64,000 nucleotides of DNA from positions 96,001 through 160,000 of the forward strand of contig JAULAX010000015.1 in the NCBI GenBank assembly GCA_032654565.1, written 5' to 3'. This document shows positions 1 through 9,400 of this stretch, one piece after another. The first letter of the stretch is position 1. The number at the start of each line of letters is the position of its first letter. The stretch is from Anaeromyxobacteraceae bacterium (GTDB taxonomy: Bacteria; Myxococcota; Myxococcia; Myxococcales; Anaeromyxobacteraceae). A program made the position numbers and the translations under genes. A model generated the notes under the pieces. The model was not told the DNA's origin. It did not search any database and saw only the letters and a program-made list of their open reading frames with translations.

Positions 1-3000
1 GAGACCGAGAGGTAGTAGGAGGTGCCGGAGGAGAGGCCGGAGAGCTGGAAGGCGGTGGCGGCGCCGGCCTCCACCGGGGCCACCCCCTGGTCGGCCCCCA
101 CCCCGGCCACGTCGCCCGGCGCGGTGCCGTAGTGGACCAGGTAGCGCACGGTGTCTCGGCTGGGGCTGGGGGTCCAGGTGAGGCCGGCGGTGGTGGCGGT
201 GGTCTTGAGGCCGGTGATGGCCGGCGGCACCGGGGCCACGTCGTCGTGGGTCACGCTCACCACCGTGCCGGCGCTGGCGTTGCGGGCCAGGTCGCGGGTG
301 CGGACGCCGAGCACGTTGTCCTGGTTCCGGGCCAGCGTGAAGACCAGCCGCCGGGTCGGATCGGGCGTGCAGGCGGTCCAGGTGCCGGCGTACTGGCCGC
401 CCAGGCACTGGTACTCGATGCCCGCCTCTCCGCCGGGGAGGACGGCCAGCGTCCCGGTCACGGTGGGCTGGTTGGTGATCCCGGTGCCGAGGTCGGTGAA
501 GACCGGGCCGGGGGGAGCCACGGTGTCGAGGGCGATGGTGGCGGCCCGGGGGGCCGAGACGTTGCCGGCCTCGTCGGCCAGCCAGGCGCAGACCTGCTTG
601 GCCCCGTCGGCGCCGGTGAGCACCAGCGTGGAGGCCTGGGCCACCGGCTGCCAGCGCGGCAGCGCCGGGAGCAGGCAGGGGCCGCTGGCCTCCAGGAAGG
701 CGATCCGGCTCACCCCGGCGTCGGCCGGGTCCCAGCCGGCGCGGGCCACCACCACCGGCCCCGCCGCCCAGGAGGTCGAGGCCTGGCCGTCGCCCAGCGT
801 GCCCACCAGCTCCAGCAGCTGGAGCGCGGGCGCCGTGGTGTCGAGGAAGATGGCGGCGCTGGCGCCGGCCCCCTCGACCCGGGCGTCATTGCGGAAGAGG
901 ACCGAGACCACCTTGAGCCCGTCGAGCAGGCCGAGCGACACCTGCTTCGAGGTGGCGTAGGTCTCCCAGGGGCCGGGGATGCCGTCCACGGTGACCAGCA
1001 TCTCGGCGGCGTTGCTGGCGGCGATGGAGAGCCCCACCAGCTGGCCGCTGCCGGCCCCCTTGCCGGTGATGGTCGCCCCGCCCTCGATGGCCAGGCGTCC
1101 CCCGGTGGGCGGCGCCTGGTGGAGCGTGATCGAGCCCTGGACCGGGCCGGAGAGGTTGCCGGCGCGGTCGCGGAGCCGGGCGTGGACGACGCGGGGCCCG
1201 TCCCCGGGCGCCAGCACCCAGGGGACGGCGGCGGCGGCGGCCTCGAAGGGCTGCCAGGCGGCGCTGGCGAAGGTGCCGTCGTTGGAGAGCTGCAGCTCGG
1301 CGAGGCCGCTGGTGGCGTCGAGCTGGGCGGAGAGGTCGAGGGTGACGCTGGCGGTGGCGGTGAGGAGGGTGGAGGCCAGCCCGTCGGCCAGCCGGCCGGT
1401 CACGACGAAGGGGACCGCGGCGGGGGCGGTGCCGTCGCGGGTGATCGAGAGGGGGGCCAGCGCGGTGCTGTTGCCGGCGGCGTCCCGGTAGGTGACCTGG
1501 ATCGCCTTGGCGCCGTCACCGGCGGTGAGGCTCACCTGGAGCGTGCCCCCGGCGGGCGCGGCCACGCCGGACTGGGGGACCACGCCGGCGCCGGCGACGT
1601 CCACCGTCTCCTGGCCCGCGGCCGGCCAGGTGAGGCCGACGGTGCCCCCGGCGACGAAGGTGGCCGGGGTGAGCGAGGGCGGGAGCGCCAGCGGCGGCGT
1701 GGTGTCGTAGGTGACGGTGGCGGTGGCCAGCTCGGAGAGGTTGCCGGCGGCGTCGGCGAAGCGGGCGTAGACGGTCTTCTGGCCGTCCGGTGGCGAGAGG
1801 CTCAGCACCGGGAGCGCCGGGGTGAAGGGGAGCACCTCGCCGACCAGCGTGACGCTGGCGGCCCCCACCAGCCCGGGGTTGTCGGCCACCAGCGCCCGGA
1901 CCGGGGCGCCGCCGGCGGAGAGCCGCACCCGCAGCGGCGCCAGCCGGGTGACGGCGACCAGGCCGCCCAGCCCGTCCACCACCGCCACCGAGGGTGAGGT
2001 GGGGCCGGCCGAGCGGAGCTCGATGGTCCGGGAGATGGGGGCGCTCTCGTTCCCGGCCGGATCCATGAACCGGGCGTGGACGTTCCTGGTCCCGTCGCCG
2101 GGCTCGAGCAGCCAGGAGAGGCTGGGGGCGAAGGGCTGCCAGCGGGCGCCGACGAACCCCGGGGTGTTGGAGAGGAGCACCGAGAGCGCCTCGCCGCCGG
2201 CCCCGGCGTTGGCGTCGGTGGCGCCGAGGGCCAGCGTGACCAGCGGCGTCGAGGTGAAGCCGGCGGCGGCGGCGGCGGGGCCAGCCACGGCCAGGGTGGT
2301 GTCGGCCGGGGCCAGGGTGTCGAGCGTGACCAGCGCGGTGGCCGCGGTCGAGACGTTTCCGGCCCGGTCGATGAAGCGGGCGTGGACCGACTTGATCCCG
2401 TCGCCCGGCGACAGGCTCCAGGTGGTGGCGACGTTGTAGTCGAGCAGGACCGATCCTGCGAAGGCGGAGTTGTCGGCCAGCTCCACCTGCCAGAGGCCGG
2501 AGACGGCCGCGGCGGGATCGGCCGGCGGCGGCAGGTCGCGGGCGCCGAGCGAGAGGGCCACCGGGCTGGAGCGGACGAAGCTGGCGCCGCCGGCGATGGT
2601 CACCGACGGGGCCGACGGGGCCAGCCGGTCGAGCACGACGCTGGCCATGGCGGCGGCCAGGGTGGCGCCGGCGGCGTCGACGAAGACCACCGTGACGTCG
2701 TGCCGGCCGTCCCGGTCGGAGAGGGTGAAGGGGGCGGTGGAGCCGGGGCCGCCGTACGGGCGGGTGGTGGCCCCGGTGTCGCCCAGGGCGGCGTCGGTGA
2801 AGGTCGGGTCCTCCGAGGCGCGCCAGCCGGCGGCCGCGGGGGCGCCGAGCTGGAGGGTCACCGTGCGGAGCTGGGTCACGGCCCCCTCGGCGATGGTGAC
2901 GCTGCCCCCCTGCCGGAGCAGGGTCACGGTGGGCACCTGCCGGACCGCCCCCGCGGTCACCAGCAGGCTGCCCACCACCTGCAGGCCGTAGCCGTCGCGG

Positions 3001-4088
3001 CGCAGGCGCAGCTCGTAGGTGCCGGTGACCAGCCCCTCGAAGGCGAAGACGCCGTCGGCGCCGGTCACGGCGGCCCGGCCGGTCCCGGTCACCTCCACCA
3101 CCGCGCCGCTGGCGTCGCCCGGCGAGTCGGCCAGCGCCACCTGGCCGCGCAGCGCGCCGCGCTCCAGGGTCATGGCCACCGGGCTGGCGAGCGCCCGGAG
3201 CTCCCCGCCCACCAGGTTGAGGACCGGCACCGCGGCGGAGACGTAGCCGTCCTTCACCACCCGCAGCAGGTAGCTGCCCGGGGCCAGCTGGTCGAGCGTG
3301 AAGTCGCCGGTGGGGCCGGTGAGCCCGGTGGCCGAGGTGCCGTCCAGCGTCACCAGGGCGTCGGCGAGCGGGGCGGTGCTGCCGTCGAGCCGCTCGGCCA
3401 GCACCTGGCCGCTCACCGTGGCCGGGTTGGTGGCCAGGACGATCACCACCTTGGTGGCGGTCTCGCCGCGCCCCACCGCGACCTCGACCGGCGCCGAGGC
3501 CACGAAGCTGGTGCGCGAGGCCTTGAGCGCGTAGGTCCCCGGCGGCAGGGTGAGCTGGAAGTCGCCCGAGGTGGCGGTCACCGCGGTGTAGGTGAAGGCC
3601 AGCCCCCGGGCCTCGACGAGGATGCCGCCGTGGTCGGCGGTGGGGTCGGCCTCGACCGGGGCGCCCGGCGTCGCCGCCAGCTTCCCCAGCATGGCGCTGC
3701 CGGGGATGAAGGCGGCCTCGGCGCCGAGCAGCGGCTGGAGCGGGAGGGTGCCCAGGTCGGCCGCCTCGCCGGCGGAGAGCTGGAAGTCCCGGGTGGCGGT
3801 CACGTAGCCGTTGAGCGTCACCGCCACCGCGTAGGGGCTGGGCGTGAGCGAGTCGAAGGAGAAGGCGCCGGCGGCGTCGGTGCTGAAGGAGCGGAGCGGC
3901 TGGCCGTCCTGCAGCAGGTAGACGTCGATGCCGGCCTGGCTGGCGCGGCCGGCGGCCTCCACGTGGCCTGCTACCCTGGCCTTGGCCTGCAGCGGCAGCG
4001 GCGTGGCCGGGTCGAAGGGGTTGGTCGGCGTCACCTCCGAGGTGCAGGCCAGCGCGGCGGCGACGAGGAGCAGGGGGAGGCGGCGCAT
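1..4088 (-). CDS. Large surface lipoprotein (>1360 aa, runs off the left edge) with carboxypeptidase-regulatory-like, Ig-like and FN3-like beta-sandwich repeats
   Basis: ATG at 4088 after GGAG SD; MRRLPLLLVAAALAC lipobox; repeats such as TGPTGDFTLDQLAPGSYLLRVVKDGY and GDGIKSVHARFIDRAGNVS; FN3-like segment near the window edge. Absent from the ORF track because there is no stop in the window. Confidence 0.8.
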   Translation of the reverse strand, partial: MRRLPLLLVAAALACTSEVTPTNPFDPATPLPLQAKARVAGHVEAAGRASQAGIDVYLLQDGQPLRSFSTDAAGAFSFDSLTPSPYAVAVTLNGYVTATRDFQLSAGEAADLGTLPLQPLLGAEAAFIPGSAMLGKLAATPGAPVEADPTADHGGILVEARGLAFTYTAVTATSGDFQLTLPPGTYALKASRTSFVASAPVEVAVGRGETATKVVIVLATNPATVSGQVLAERLDGSTAPLADALVTLDGTSATGLTGPTGDFTLDQLAPGSYLLRVVKDGYVSAAVPVLNLVGGELRALASPVAMTLERGALRGQVALADSPGDASGAVVEVTGTGRAAVTGADGVFAFEGLVTGTYELRLRRDGYGLQVVGSLLVTAGAVRQVPTVTLLRQGGSVTIAEGAVTQLRTVTLQLGAPAAAGWRASEDPTFTDAALGDTGATTRPYGGPGSTAPFTLSDRDGRHDVTVVFVDAAGATLAAAMASVVLDRLAPSAPSVTIAGGASFVRSSPVALSLGARDLPPPADPAAAVSGLWQVELADNSAFAGSVLLDYNVATTWSLSPGDGIKSVHARFIDRAGNVSTAATALVTLDTLAPADTTLAVAGPAAAAAGFTSTPLVTLALGATDANAGAGGEALSVLLSNTPGFVGARWQPFAPSLSWLLEPGDGTRNVHARFMDPAGNESAPISRTIELRSAGPTSPSVAVVDGLGGLVAVTRLAPLRVRLSAGGAPVRALVADNPGLVGAASVTLVGEVLPFTPALPVLSLSPPDGQKTVYARFADAAGNLSELATATVTYDTTPPLALPPSLTPATFVAGGTVGLTWPAAGQETVDVAGAGVVPQSGVAAPAGGTLQVSLTAGDGAKAIQVTYRDAAGNSTALAPLSITRDGTAPAAVPFVVTGRLADGLASTLLTATASVTLDLSAQLDATSGLAELQLSNDGTFASAAWQPFEAAAAAVPWVLAPGDGPRVVHARLRDRAGNLSGPVQGSITLHQAPPTGGRLAIEGGATITGKGAGSGQLVGLSIAASNAAEMLVTVDGIPGPWETYATSKQVSLGLLDGLKVVSVLFRNDARVEGAGASAAIFLDTTAPALQLLELVGTLGDGQASTSWAAGPVVVARAGWDPADAGVSRIAFLEASGPCLLPALPRWQPVAQASTLVLTGADGAKQVCAWLADEAGNVSAPRAATIALDTVAPPGPVFTDLGTGITNQPTVTGTLAVLPGGEAGIEYQCLGGQYAGTWTACTPDPTRRLVFTLARNQDNVLGVRTRDLARNASAGTVVSVTHDDVAPVPPAITGLKTTATTAGLTWTPSPSRDTVRYLVHYGTAPGDVAGVGADQGVAPVEAGAATAFQLSGLSSGTSYYLSV

Positions 4089-4169
4089 GTGGACTCCTGC
4101 CGGCGGGGCGGCGGGCGGGGGCGGAAGCCTCGAGCCTAGCAGGAAGGCGGGGGCGACGATCGCCCCGGG

Positions 4170-4622
4170 TCACCGGCCGAAGACCACCGACAGGCGCCGC
4201 TTCAGCTCGTCGCGGACGTCGCGGAAGGACTGGAGCTGCTGCGCCTCGCCCAGGCCGGCGCCCCCCGGGTCCGGCAGCCCCCAGTGGAGCCGCTTCGCCT
4301 TCCCGAGGAAGACCGGGCACTCCTCCTCGGCGCAGAGGGTGATGACCACCTCGACGCCGTCGGGCGGGATGGTGTCGACGCTCTTCGACCAGTGGCCGCG
4401 GAGGTCGATGCCCACCTCGTCGAGCGCCCGGATGGCGAGCGGGTTGACGTGCGAGGGCTTCGAGCCGGCCGAGGAGACGGTCACGCCGGGGGGCGCCAGC
4501 GAGCGGGCGATCCCCTCGGCCATCTGGCTGCGCGCCGAGTTGGCGACGCAGAGGAAGAGCAGGTGCTTGGGAGCCAGCCGCCTCAGCTCCTCGGCCTCGG
4601 CCACCCAGGACGGCTGGTTCAC
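4170..4622 (-). CDS. arsC: Arsenate reductase, LMW-PTP/thioredoxin-dependent family
   Basis: [15 protein letters not shown]-loop, TLCAEEECP resolving cysteines, HWGLPDP; in ars operon. Confidence 0.9.
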   Translation of the reverse strand: MNQPSWVAEAEELRRLAPKHLLFLCVANSARSQMAEGIARSLAPPGVTVSSAGSKPSHVNPLAIRALDEVGIDLRGHWSKSVDTIPPDGVEVVITLCAEEECPVFLGKAKRLHWGLPDPGGAGLGEAQQLQSFRDVRDELKRRLSVVFGR

Positions 4623-5743
4623 GGCTTCACCTCGGTGGTGGCGGGGAAGGCCCCGGCGCAGTTCTGGAGCGCCTCCAGGCGGGCGGTCTCGCCCGGGAAC
4701 CAGCGGTCGCGCAGCCGCAGCGAGACGTTGACCAGGCCGATCAGCACCGGCACCTCCACCAGCGGCCCGATGACCGCGGCGAAGGCGGCGCCGTGGTGCA
4801 TGCCGAAGGTGGCCACCGCCACCGCGATGGCCAGCTCGAAGTTGTTGGACGAGGCGGTGAAGGAGAGCGTGGCGGTCTGGCCGTAGCTGGCCCCCAGCCT
4901 GCGGCTCATGAAGAAGGAGACGAAGAACATCACCACGAAGTAGATGAGCAGCGGGATGGCGATGCGGACCACGTCGAGGGGGAGCTGCACGATGGTCTCG
5001 CCCTTCAAGGAGAACATCACCACGATGGTGAAGAGCAGGGCGATGAGCGTGATGGGCGAGATGCGGGGGATGAAGACGGTGCGGTACCAGACCTCCCCCT
5101 TCCAGGCGGCCAGGCCGAAGCGGCTGGCCACCCCGGCGATGAAGGGGATGCCGAGGTAGATGAAGACGCTCCTGGCGATCTCGCCGATGGTGATGTGCAC
5201 CTCGGCGCCCTGCAGCCCGAGCCAGCCCGGCAGCACGGTGATGAAGACCCAGGCGTAGACCGAGAAGAAGAGCACCTGGAAGAAGGAGTTGAAGGCCACC
5301 AGCCCGGCGCAGTACTCGGTGTCGCCGCCGGCCAGGTCGTTCCAGACGATCACCATGGCGATGCAGCGGGCCAGGCCGATCATGATCAGCCCGACCATGT
5401 ACTCCGGCCTGTCGCGCAGGAAGACCACCGCCAGCAGGAACATCAGCAGCGGCCCGACGATCCAGTTCTGCACCAGCGAGAGGGTGAGGATGCGCACGTC
5501 CTTCAGGACCCGCGGCAGCTGCTCGTAGCGGACCTTGGCCAGCGGCGGGTACATCATCAGCACCAGCCCCACGGCGATGGGGAGCGAGGTGGTCCCGACC
5601 GACATCCGGTCCAGCATGGGGACCACCCCCGGCCAGAGGAAGCCGAGCCCGACGCCGGCCCCCATGGCGGCGAAGATCCAGAGGGTCAGGTAGCGGTCGA
5701 GGAAGGAGAGGCGTCCGGCGACGCCGGCGGCGGGGGTGGTCAC
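4619..5743 (-). CDS. acr3: ACR3-family arsenite efflux transporter
   Basis: [49 protein letters not shown] motifs. Confidence 0.95.
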   Translation of the reverse strand: MTTPAAGVAGRLSFLDRYLTLWIFAAMGAGVGLGFLWPGVVPMLDRMSVGTTSLPIAVGLVLMMYPPLAKVRYEQLPRVLKDVRILTLSLVQNWIVGPLLMFLLAVVFLRDRPEYMVGLIMIGLARCIAMVIVWNDLAGGDTEYCAGLVAFNSFFQVLFFSVYAWVFITVLPGWLGLQGAEVHITIGEIARSVFIYLGIPFIAGVASRFGLAAWKGEVWYRTVFIPRISPITLIALLFTIVVMFSLKGETIVQLPLDVVRIAIPLLIYFVVMFFVSFFMSRRLGASYGQTATLSFTASSNNFELAIAVAVATFGMHHGAAFAAVIGPLVEVPVLIGLVNVSLRLRDRWFPGETARLEALQNCAGAFPATTEVKP

Positions 5744-5752
5744 GGGTGGCTC

Positions 5753-6103
5753 CTAGAGGCTGCCGATGAGCGCCTTCAAGCGGCGCAGGGCGCGGGGTTC
5801 GACGCAGTAGCAGACGCGCGGGCCGTCGATGTCGCCGCGGATCAGGCCGGCCTGCTTGAGCACCTTGAGGTGCTGGGAGACGGTGGACTGGGCCAGCGGC
5901 AGCTCGTCGACGATGTCACCGCAGACGCAGGCTTCGCGGCGCACCAGCAGGCGCATGATCTGGACCCGGGCGGGGTGGCCGAGCGCCTTGGCGAGCAGCG
6001 CCAGCTCGTCGTCGGCCTCGGCGCCTTCCACGGGGCGCGGGTCCGGACCGGCGTGGGCCGCGGGGGGCGGTGCGCAGCGAACGGTGCTTCGCGGAGAGGA
6101 CAT
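5753..6103 (-). CDS. arsR: ArsR/SmtB metalloregulator
   Basis: [32 protein letters not shown]; first gene of ars operon. Confidence 0.92.
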   Translation of the reverse strand: MSSPRSTVRCAPPPAAHAGPDPRPVEGAEADDELALLAKALGHPARVQIMRLLVRREACVCGDIVDELPLAQSTVSQHLKVLKQAGLIRGDIDGPRVCYCVEPRALRRLKALIGSL

Positions 6104-6104
6104 T

Positions 6105-6122
6105 CATCGTCTTATAACGATG
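6105..6122. promoter_or_regulatory. Probable ArsR operator overlapping the arsR -10 element
   Basis: Inverted repeat CATCGT-cttata-ACGATG immediately upstream of the arsR ATG. Confidence 0.6.
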
Positions 6123-6207
6123 GCATCATCGACCAGGCAAGCCCCCTCGCAGCATCCCGATCCTGGTAAGCGCTTGCTGACGATGTTGGGCGCCCTGCCC
6201 CGCGCCC

Positions 6208-7461
6208 CTATTCCCGGTCGCGGCGCCGGTGCACCGGCCAGCGCTCCGCCTCGGTCCGGTCGGAGAGGTCGGCCGGGGCCACGGTCCGTTCGCCGTACTT
6301 GTCGGCCAGCTTGTCGAGCGCGGCGTGGAGCCGCTGCCGCCGCGGGTCGGCGGCCGGCGCCCCCCCCGGCCCGCCCCCGGCCAGTCCCCCGAAGAGGTCG
6401 AGCTGGTCGGCCGGCGGCTCGGCCGCGTCGTCGAACCCGGACACGGTGACCCCGGCCAGCCGGACCGGCCGCCCCGCCTCGACGCGGGCCAGCAGGTTAC
6501 GAGCGGTCCGGTAGATGAGCCGGTCGTCGTCGGTGGGCGCCCCCAGCGTCACCCGGCGGGTCACCTGCGTGAAGTCGGCGTACTTCACCTTGAGCGTCAC
6601 GGTCCGCCCGCGCAGCCCGGCCGCCCGGAGCCGCCGCCCCACCCGCGAGGCCTGCAGCAGCAGCACCCGGGCCAGCGCCACCTCGCCCACCAGGTCGGCC
6701 TCGAAGGTCTCCTCGCCGCCGACGCTCCTGGCCGCCTCGTCCGGCACCACCTCGCGCTGGTCCTCGCCGCGGGCCAGCGCCCGCAGCCCCCGGGCCCGGT
6801 CGGCGCCGAGCGCCGCGCCCACCGCCGACTCCGGCAGCCGCACCAGGTCGCCGATGGTGCTGACCCCGATCTTCCGCAGCGCCGCCTCGGTGACGCCGCC
6901 CACGCCCCAGAGCTTCCCGATGGGCAGCGGGGCCAGGAAGGCGGCCACCCCGCCCGCCGGCACCACCGTGAGGCCGTCCGGCTTGCCGAGGTCGGTGGCG
7001 ATCTTGGCCGCCAGCTTCACCTCGGCCACGCCGGCCGAGACGGTCAGGCCGGTCTCGGCGCGGACCTCGCGCCGGATGCGGGCGGCGATGGTGGGGCCGT
7101 CGCCGTGCAGGGCCCGGCTGGCGCCGACGTCGAGGAAGGCCTCGTCGAGCGAGAGCGGCTCGCAGAGCGGGGTGTAGCGCCGGTAGATGCCGAAGACCTG
7201 GTCGGAGAGCTCCCCGTAGCGGCCGAAGCGGGGGTGGAGGAAGACCCCCTCCGGGCAGAGCCGCCGGGCCTGACTGGTGGGCATGGCGGAGCGGACGCCG
7301 AAGCGGCGGGCCTCGTAGCTGGCGGCGCAGACCACCCCCCGGTTGGACGGACCGCCGACGATGACCGGACGGCCGCGCAGCGCCGGGTCGTCGAGCTGCT
7401 CCACCGACGCGTAGAAGGCGTCCAGGTCGAGGTGGAGGATGGTCCGGCCGGGGACGGGCAC
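6208..7461 (-). CDS. dinB: DNA polymerase IV (Y family)
   Basis: ILHLDLDAFYASVE, ASYEARRFGVRSAMP, EPLSLDEAFLD, AKIATDLGKPDG, C-terminal QLDLF clamp-binding motif. Confidence 0.95.
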   Translation of the reverse strand: MPVPGRTILHLDLDAFYASVEQLDDPALRGRPVIVGGPSNRGVVCAASYEARRFGVRSAMPTSQARRLCPEGVFLHPRFGRYGELSDQVFGIYRRYTPLCEPLSLDEAFLDVGASRALHGDGPTIAARIRREVRAETGLTVSAGVAEVKLAAKIATDLGKPDGLTVVPAGGVAAFLAPLPIGKLWGVGGVTEAALRKIGVSTIGDLVRLPESAVGAALGADRARGLRALARGEDQREVVPDEAARSVGGEETFEADLVGEVALARVLLLQASRVGRRLRAAGLRGRTVTLKVKYADFTQVTRRVTLGAPTDDDRLIYRTARNLLARVEAGRPVRLAGVTVSGFDDAAEPPADQLDLFGGLAGGGPGGAPAADPRRQRLHAALDKLADKYGERTVAPADLSDRTEAERWPVHRRRDRE

Positions 7462-7550
7462 CGCTCCACCCTACCCCGCCCCTCTGGCACCCCCCCCTTT
7501 CGGGAGATGGGGGCTTGACCTGCGTCAAGTCCGGGATTAAGCATTTACGC

Positions 7551-8195
7551 ATGGACGGATCAGTCGCCAACATGCGTCGCTTGGGTCCCCCCCGCTCCGG
7601 CATCGCCGAGCGGATCTGGAACGCCGCCCGGATCGAGTTCTCGAAGCGCGGATACCACGGCGCCCGGGTCCAGGGGATCGCGCGCGGCGCCGCCTGCAAC
7701 GTGGCGCTCATCTACCGCCACTGGTCCTCCAAGAAGGCGCTCTACCTCGACATCCTCCGCAGCGTCTGGCTGGAGGCGGCCGCCGAGATCGCCGAGGTGG
7801 TCGAGCACGGTCCGGGCGGCGCCGCCGCGGTGGTCGAGGCCTACCTCGACGCCATGATGAAGGACCAGATGGGCGCGCAGCTGCTCATCCGCGAGTACCT
7901 CGACGGCGCCCCGCACCTGGCCCAGCTGGCCGGCGACGACCCGTCGCTGCTCGAGCCGGTCCGCCGCGCCGCCGCGGCCATCGCCCTGGCCGACGGCCGC
8001 GACTCGGCCATCGACCCGGTGCTGGCGGTGGTGACGGTGGGCGGCCTGGCGGCGCTGCTGGCCTCGGCCCAGGAGGCGTCGCGGCCGTTCGTGGAGACGC
8101 CGCTGCCGCCGGAGACCTGGCGCAAGCACGTGCACGAGCTGCTGCTGCACGGCCTGGCCCCCGGCCCGCGCCGCGGGCTCGTCGCCTCGACGTAG
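7551..8195 (+). CDS. TetR/AcrR-family transcriptional regulator (start 7551 or 7572)
   Basis: RIWNAARIEFSKRGYHGARVQGIARGAACNVALIYRHWSSKKALY HTH. Confidence 0.88.
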   Translation: MDGSVANMRRLGPPRSGIAERIWNAARIEFSKRGYHGARVQGIARGAACNVALIYRHWSSKKALYLDILRSVWLEAAAEIAEVVEHGPGGAAAVVEAYLDAMMKDQMGAQLLIREYLDGAPHLAQLAGDDPSLLEPVRRAAAAIALADGRDSAIDPVLAVVTVGGLAALLASAQEASRPFVETPLPPETWRKHVHELLLHGLAPGPRRGLVAST

Positions 8196-8230
8196 CGCCG
8201 CCCCCCTCCGCCGTCCTACGCTGCGCGGCC

Positions 8231-9340
8231 ATGAAGGCCGACGTGGTGGTGATCGGGGCGGGCGTGCAGGGCTGCGCGGTGGCGTGGCGGCTGGCCCGCG
8301 CCGGGCGGAGCGTGCTGGTGCTGGAGCGGTCCATCCCCGGCGCCGAGGCCTCCAGCGCCGCCGGCGGCATCCTCTCCCCCGGCGTCGAGGCGCTCGAGCC
8401 CGGCCCCTTCTACGCGCTGGGGCGCGCCTCGCTGGCCCGCTACCCCGGCTTCATCGCGGCGCTGGAGGCGGAGAGCGGGCTCACCGTGGGCCACCGCGGC
8501 GGCGGCACGCTGGAGGTGGCCTTCGACGACGACCACGCCCGGCTGCTGGCGGGGCGGGCCGCCAAGATCCAGTCGGCCGGCCTGCCGGTGACGGTGCTCG
8601 ACGACGCCGAGGTGCGGCGGCTCGAGCCGGGGCTGTCGCCGCAGGCGCGCGGCGCCCTCTGGTTCGAGGACGAGGGCTCGCTCGACCCCCGGGCGCTGGG
8701 GCGGGCCCTGGCCACGGCGGCGCAGCGGGCCGGGGCCGAGTTCATGACCGGGCGGGTGCTGGGGATCCGCCACCAGGGCGGGCGGGCGGTGGGGGCCGAC
8801 CACGAGCGCGGGCCCATCGAGGCCGGCGCGGTGGTGCTGGCGGCCGGCGCCTGGAGCCTGCAGGTGGACGGGCACGGGCTGCCGCCGAACGCGGTGCGCC
8901 CGGTGCGGGGCCAGATCGCCGTGGTGGCCACCACGCCGCCGCTGCTCTCGCGGGTGATCTTCTCCGGCCACGGCTACGCGGTGCCGCGCGCCGACGGCCG
9001 CATCCTGCTCGGCTCCACCATGGAGGAGGCCGGCTTCGAGAAGGCGGTCACCGCCGGCGGGCTGCGCCACGTGCTGGAGGTGGGCATCGATCTCGCCCCG
9101 GCCATCGCCCGGGCGCCGGTGGTGGAGAGCTGGTCCAACTTCCGCCCCGCCAGCCCCGACGGCGAGCCCATCCTCGGCCCCGGCGCCGTGCCCGGCCTCT
9201 TCTACGCCACCGGCCACACCCGCAACGGCATCCTGCTCTGCCCCATCACCGCCGACGCCGTGGCCGCCTGCGTGCTGGGGACGCCGCCGCCGGTGGAGCT
9301 GGCCCCGTTCTCGGCGCGGCGGTTCCTGCCGCCGGGCTGA
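8231..9340 (+). CDS. thiO: Glycine oxidase ThiO / DAO-family FAD oxidoreductase
   Basis: VIGAGVQG Rossmann motif, ASSAAGGIL, PVRGQ, RPASPDG, GHTRNGILL. Confidence 0.8.
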   Translation: MKADVVVIGAGVQGCAVAWRLARAGRSVLVLERSIPGAEASSAAGGILSPGVEALEPGPFYALGRASLARYPGFIAALEAESGLTVGHRGGGTLEVAFDDDHARLLAGRAAKIQSAGLPVTVLDDAEVRRLEPGLSPQARGALWFEDEGSLDPRALGRALATAAQRAGAEFMTGRVLGIRHQGGRAVGADHERGPIEAGAVVLAAGAWSLQVDGHGLPPNAVRPVRGQIAVVATTPPLLSRVIFSGHGYAVPRADGRILLGSTMEEAGFEKAVTAGGLRHVLEVGIDLAPAIARAPVVESWSNFRPASPDGEPILGPGAVPGLFYATGHTRNGILLCPITADAVAACVLGTPPPVELAPFSARRFLPPG

Positions 9341-9400
9341 CCGCGGAGTGAGGGCGGCGCCGGACGGACCGGCCCGCCCTGGCCCGGCCGCGCCGCAGCG

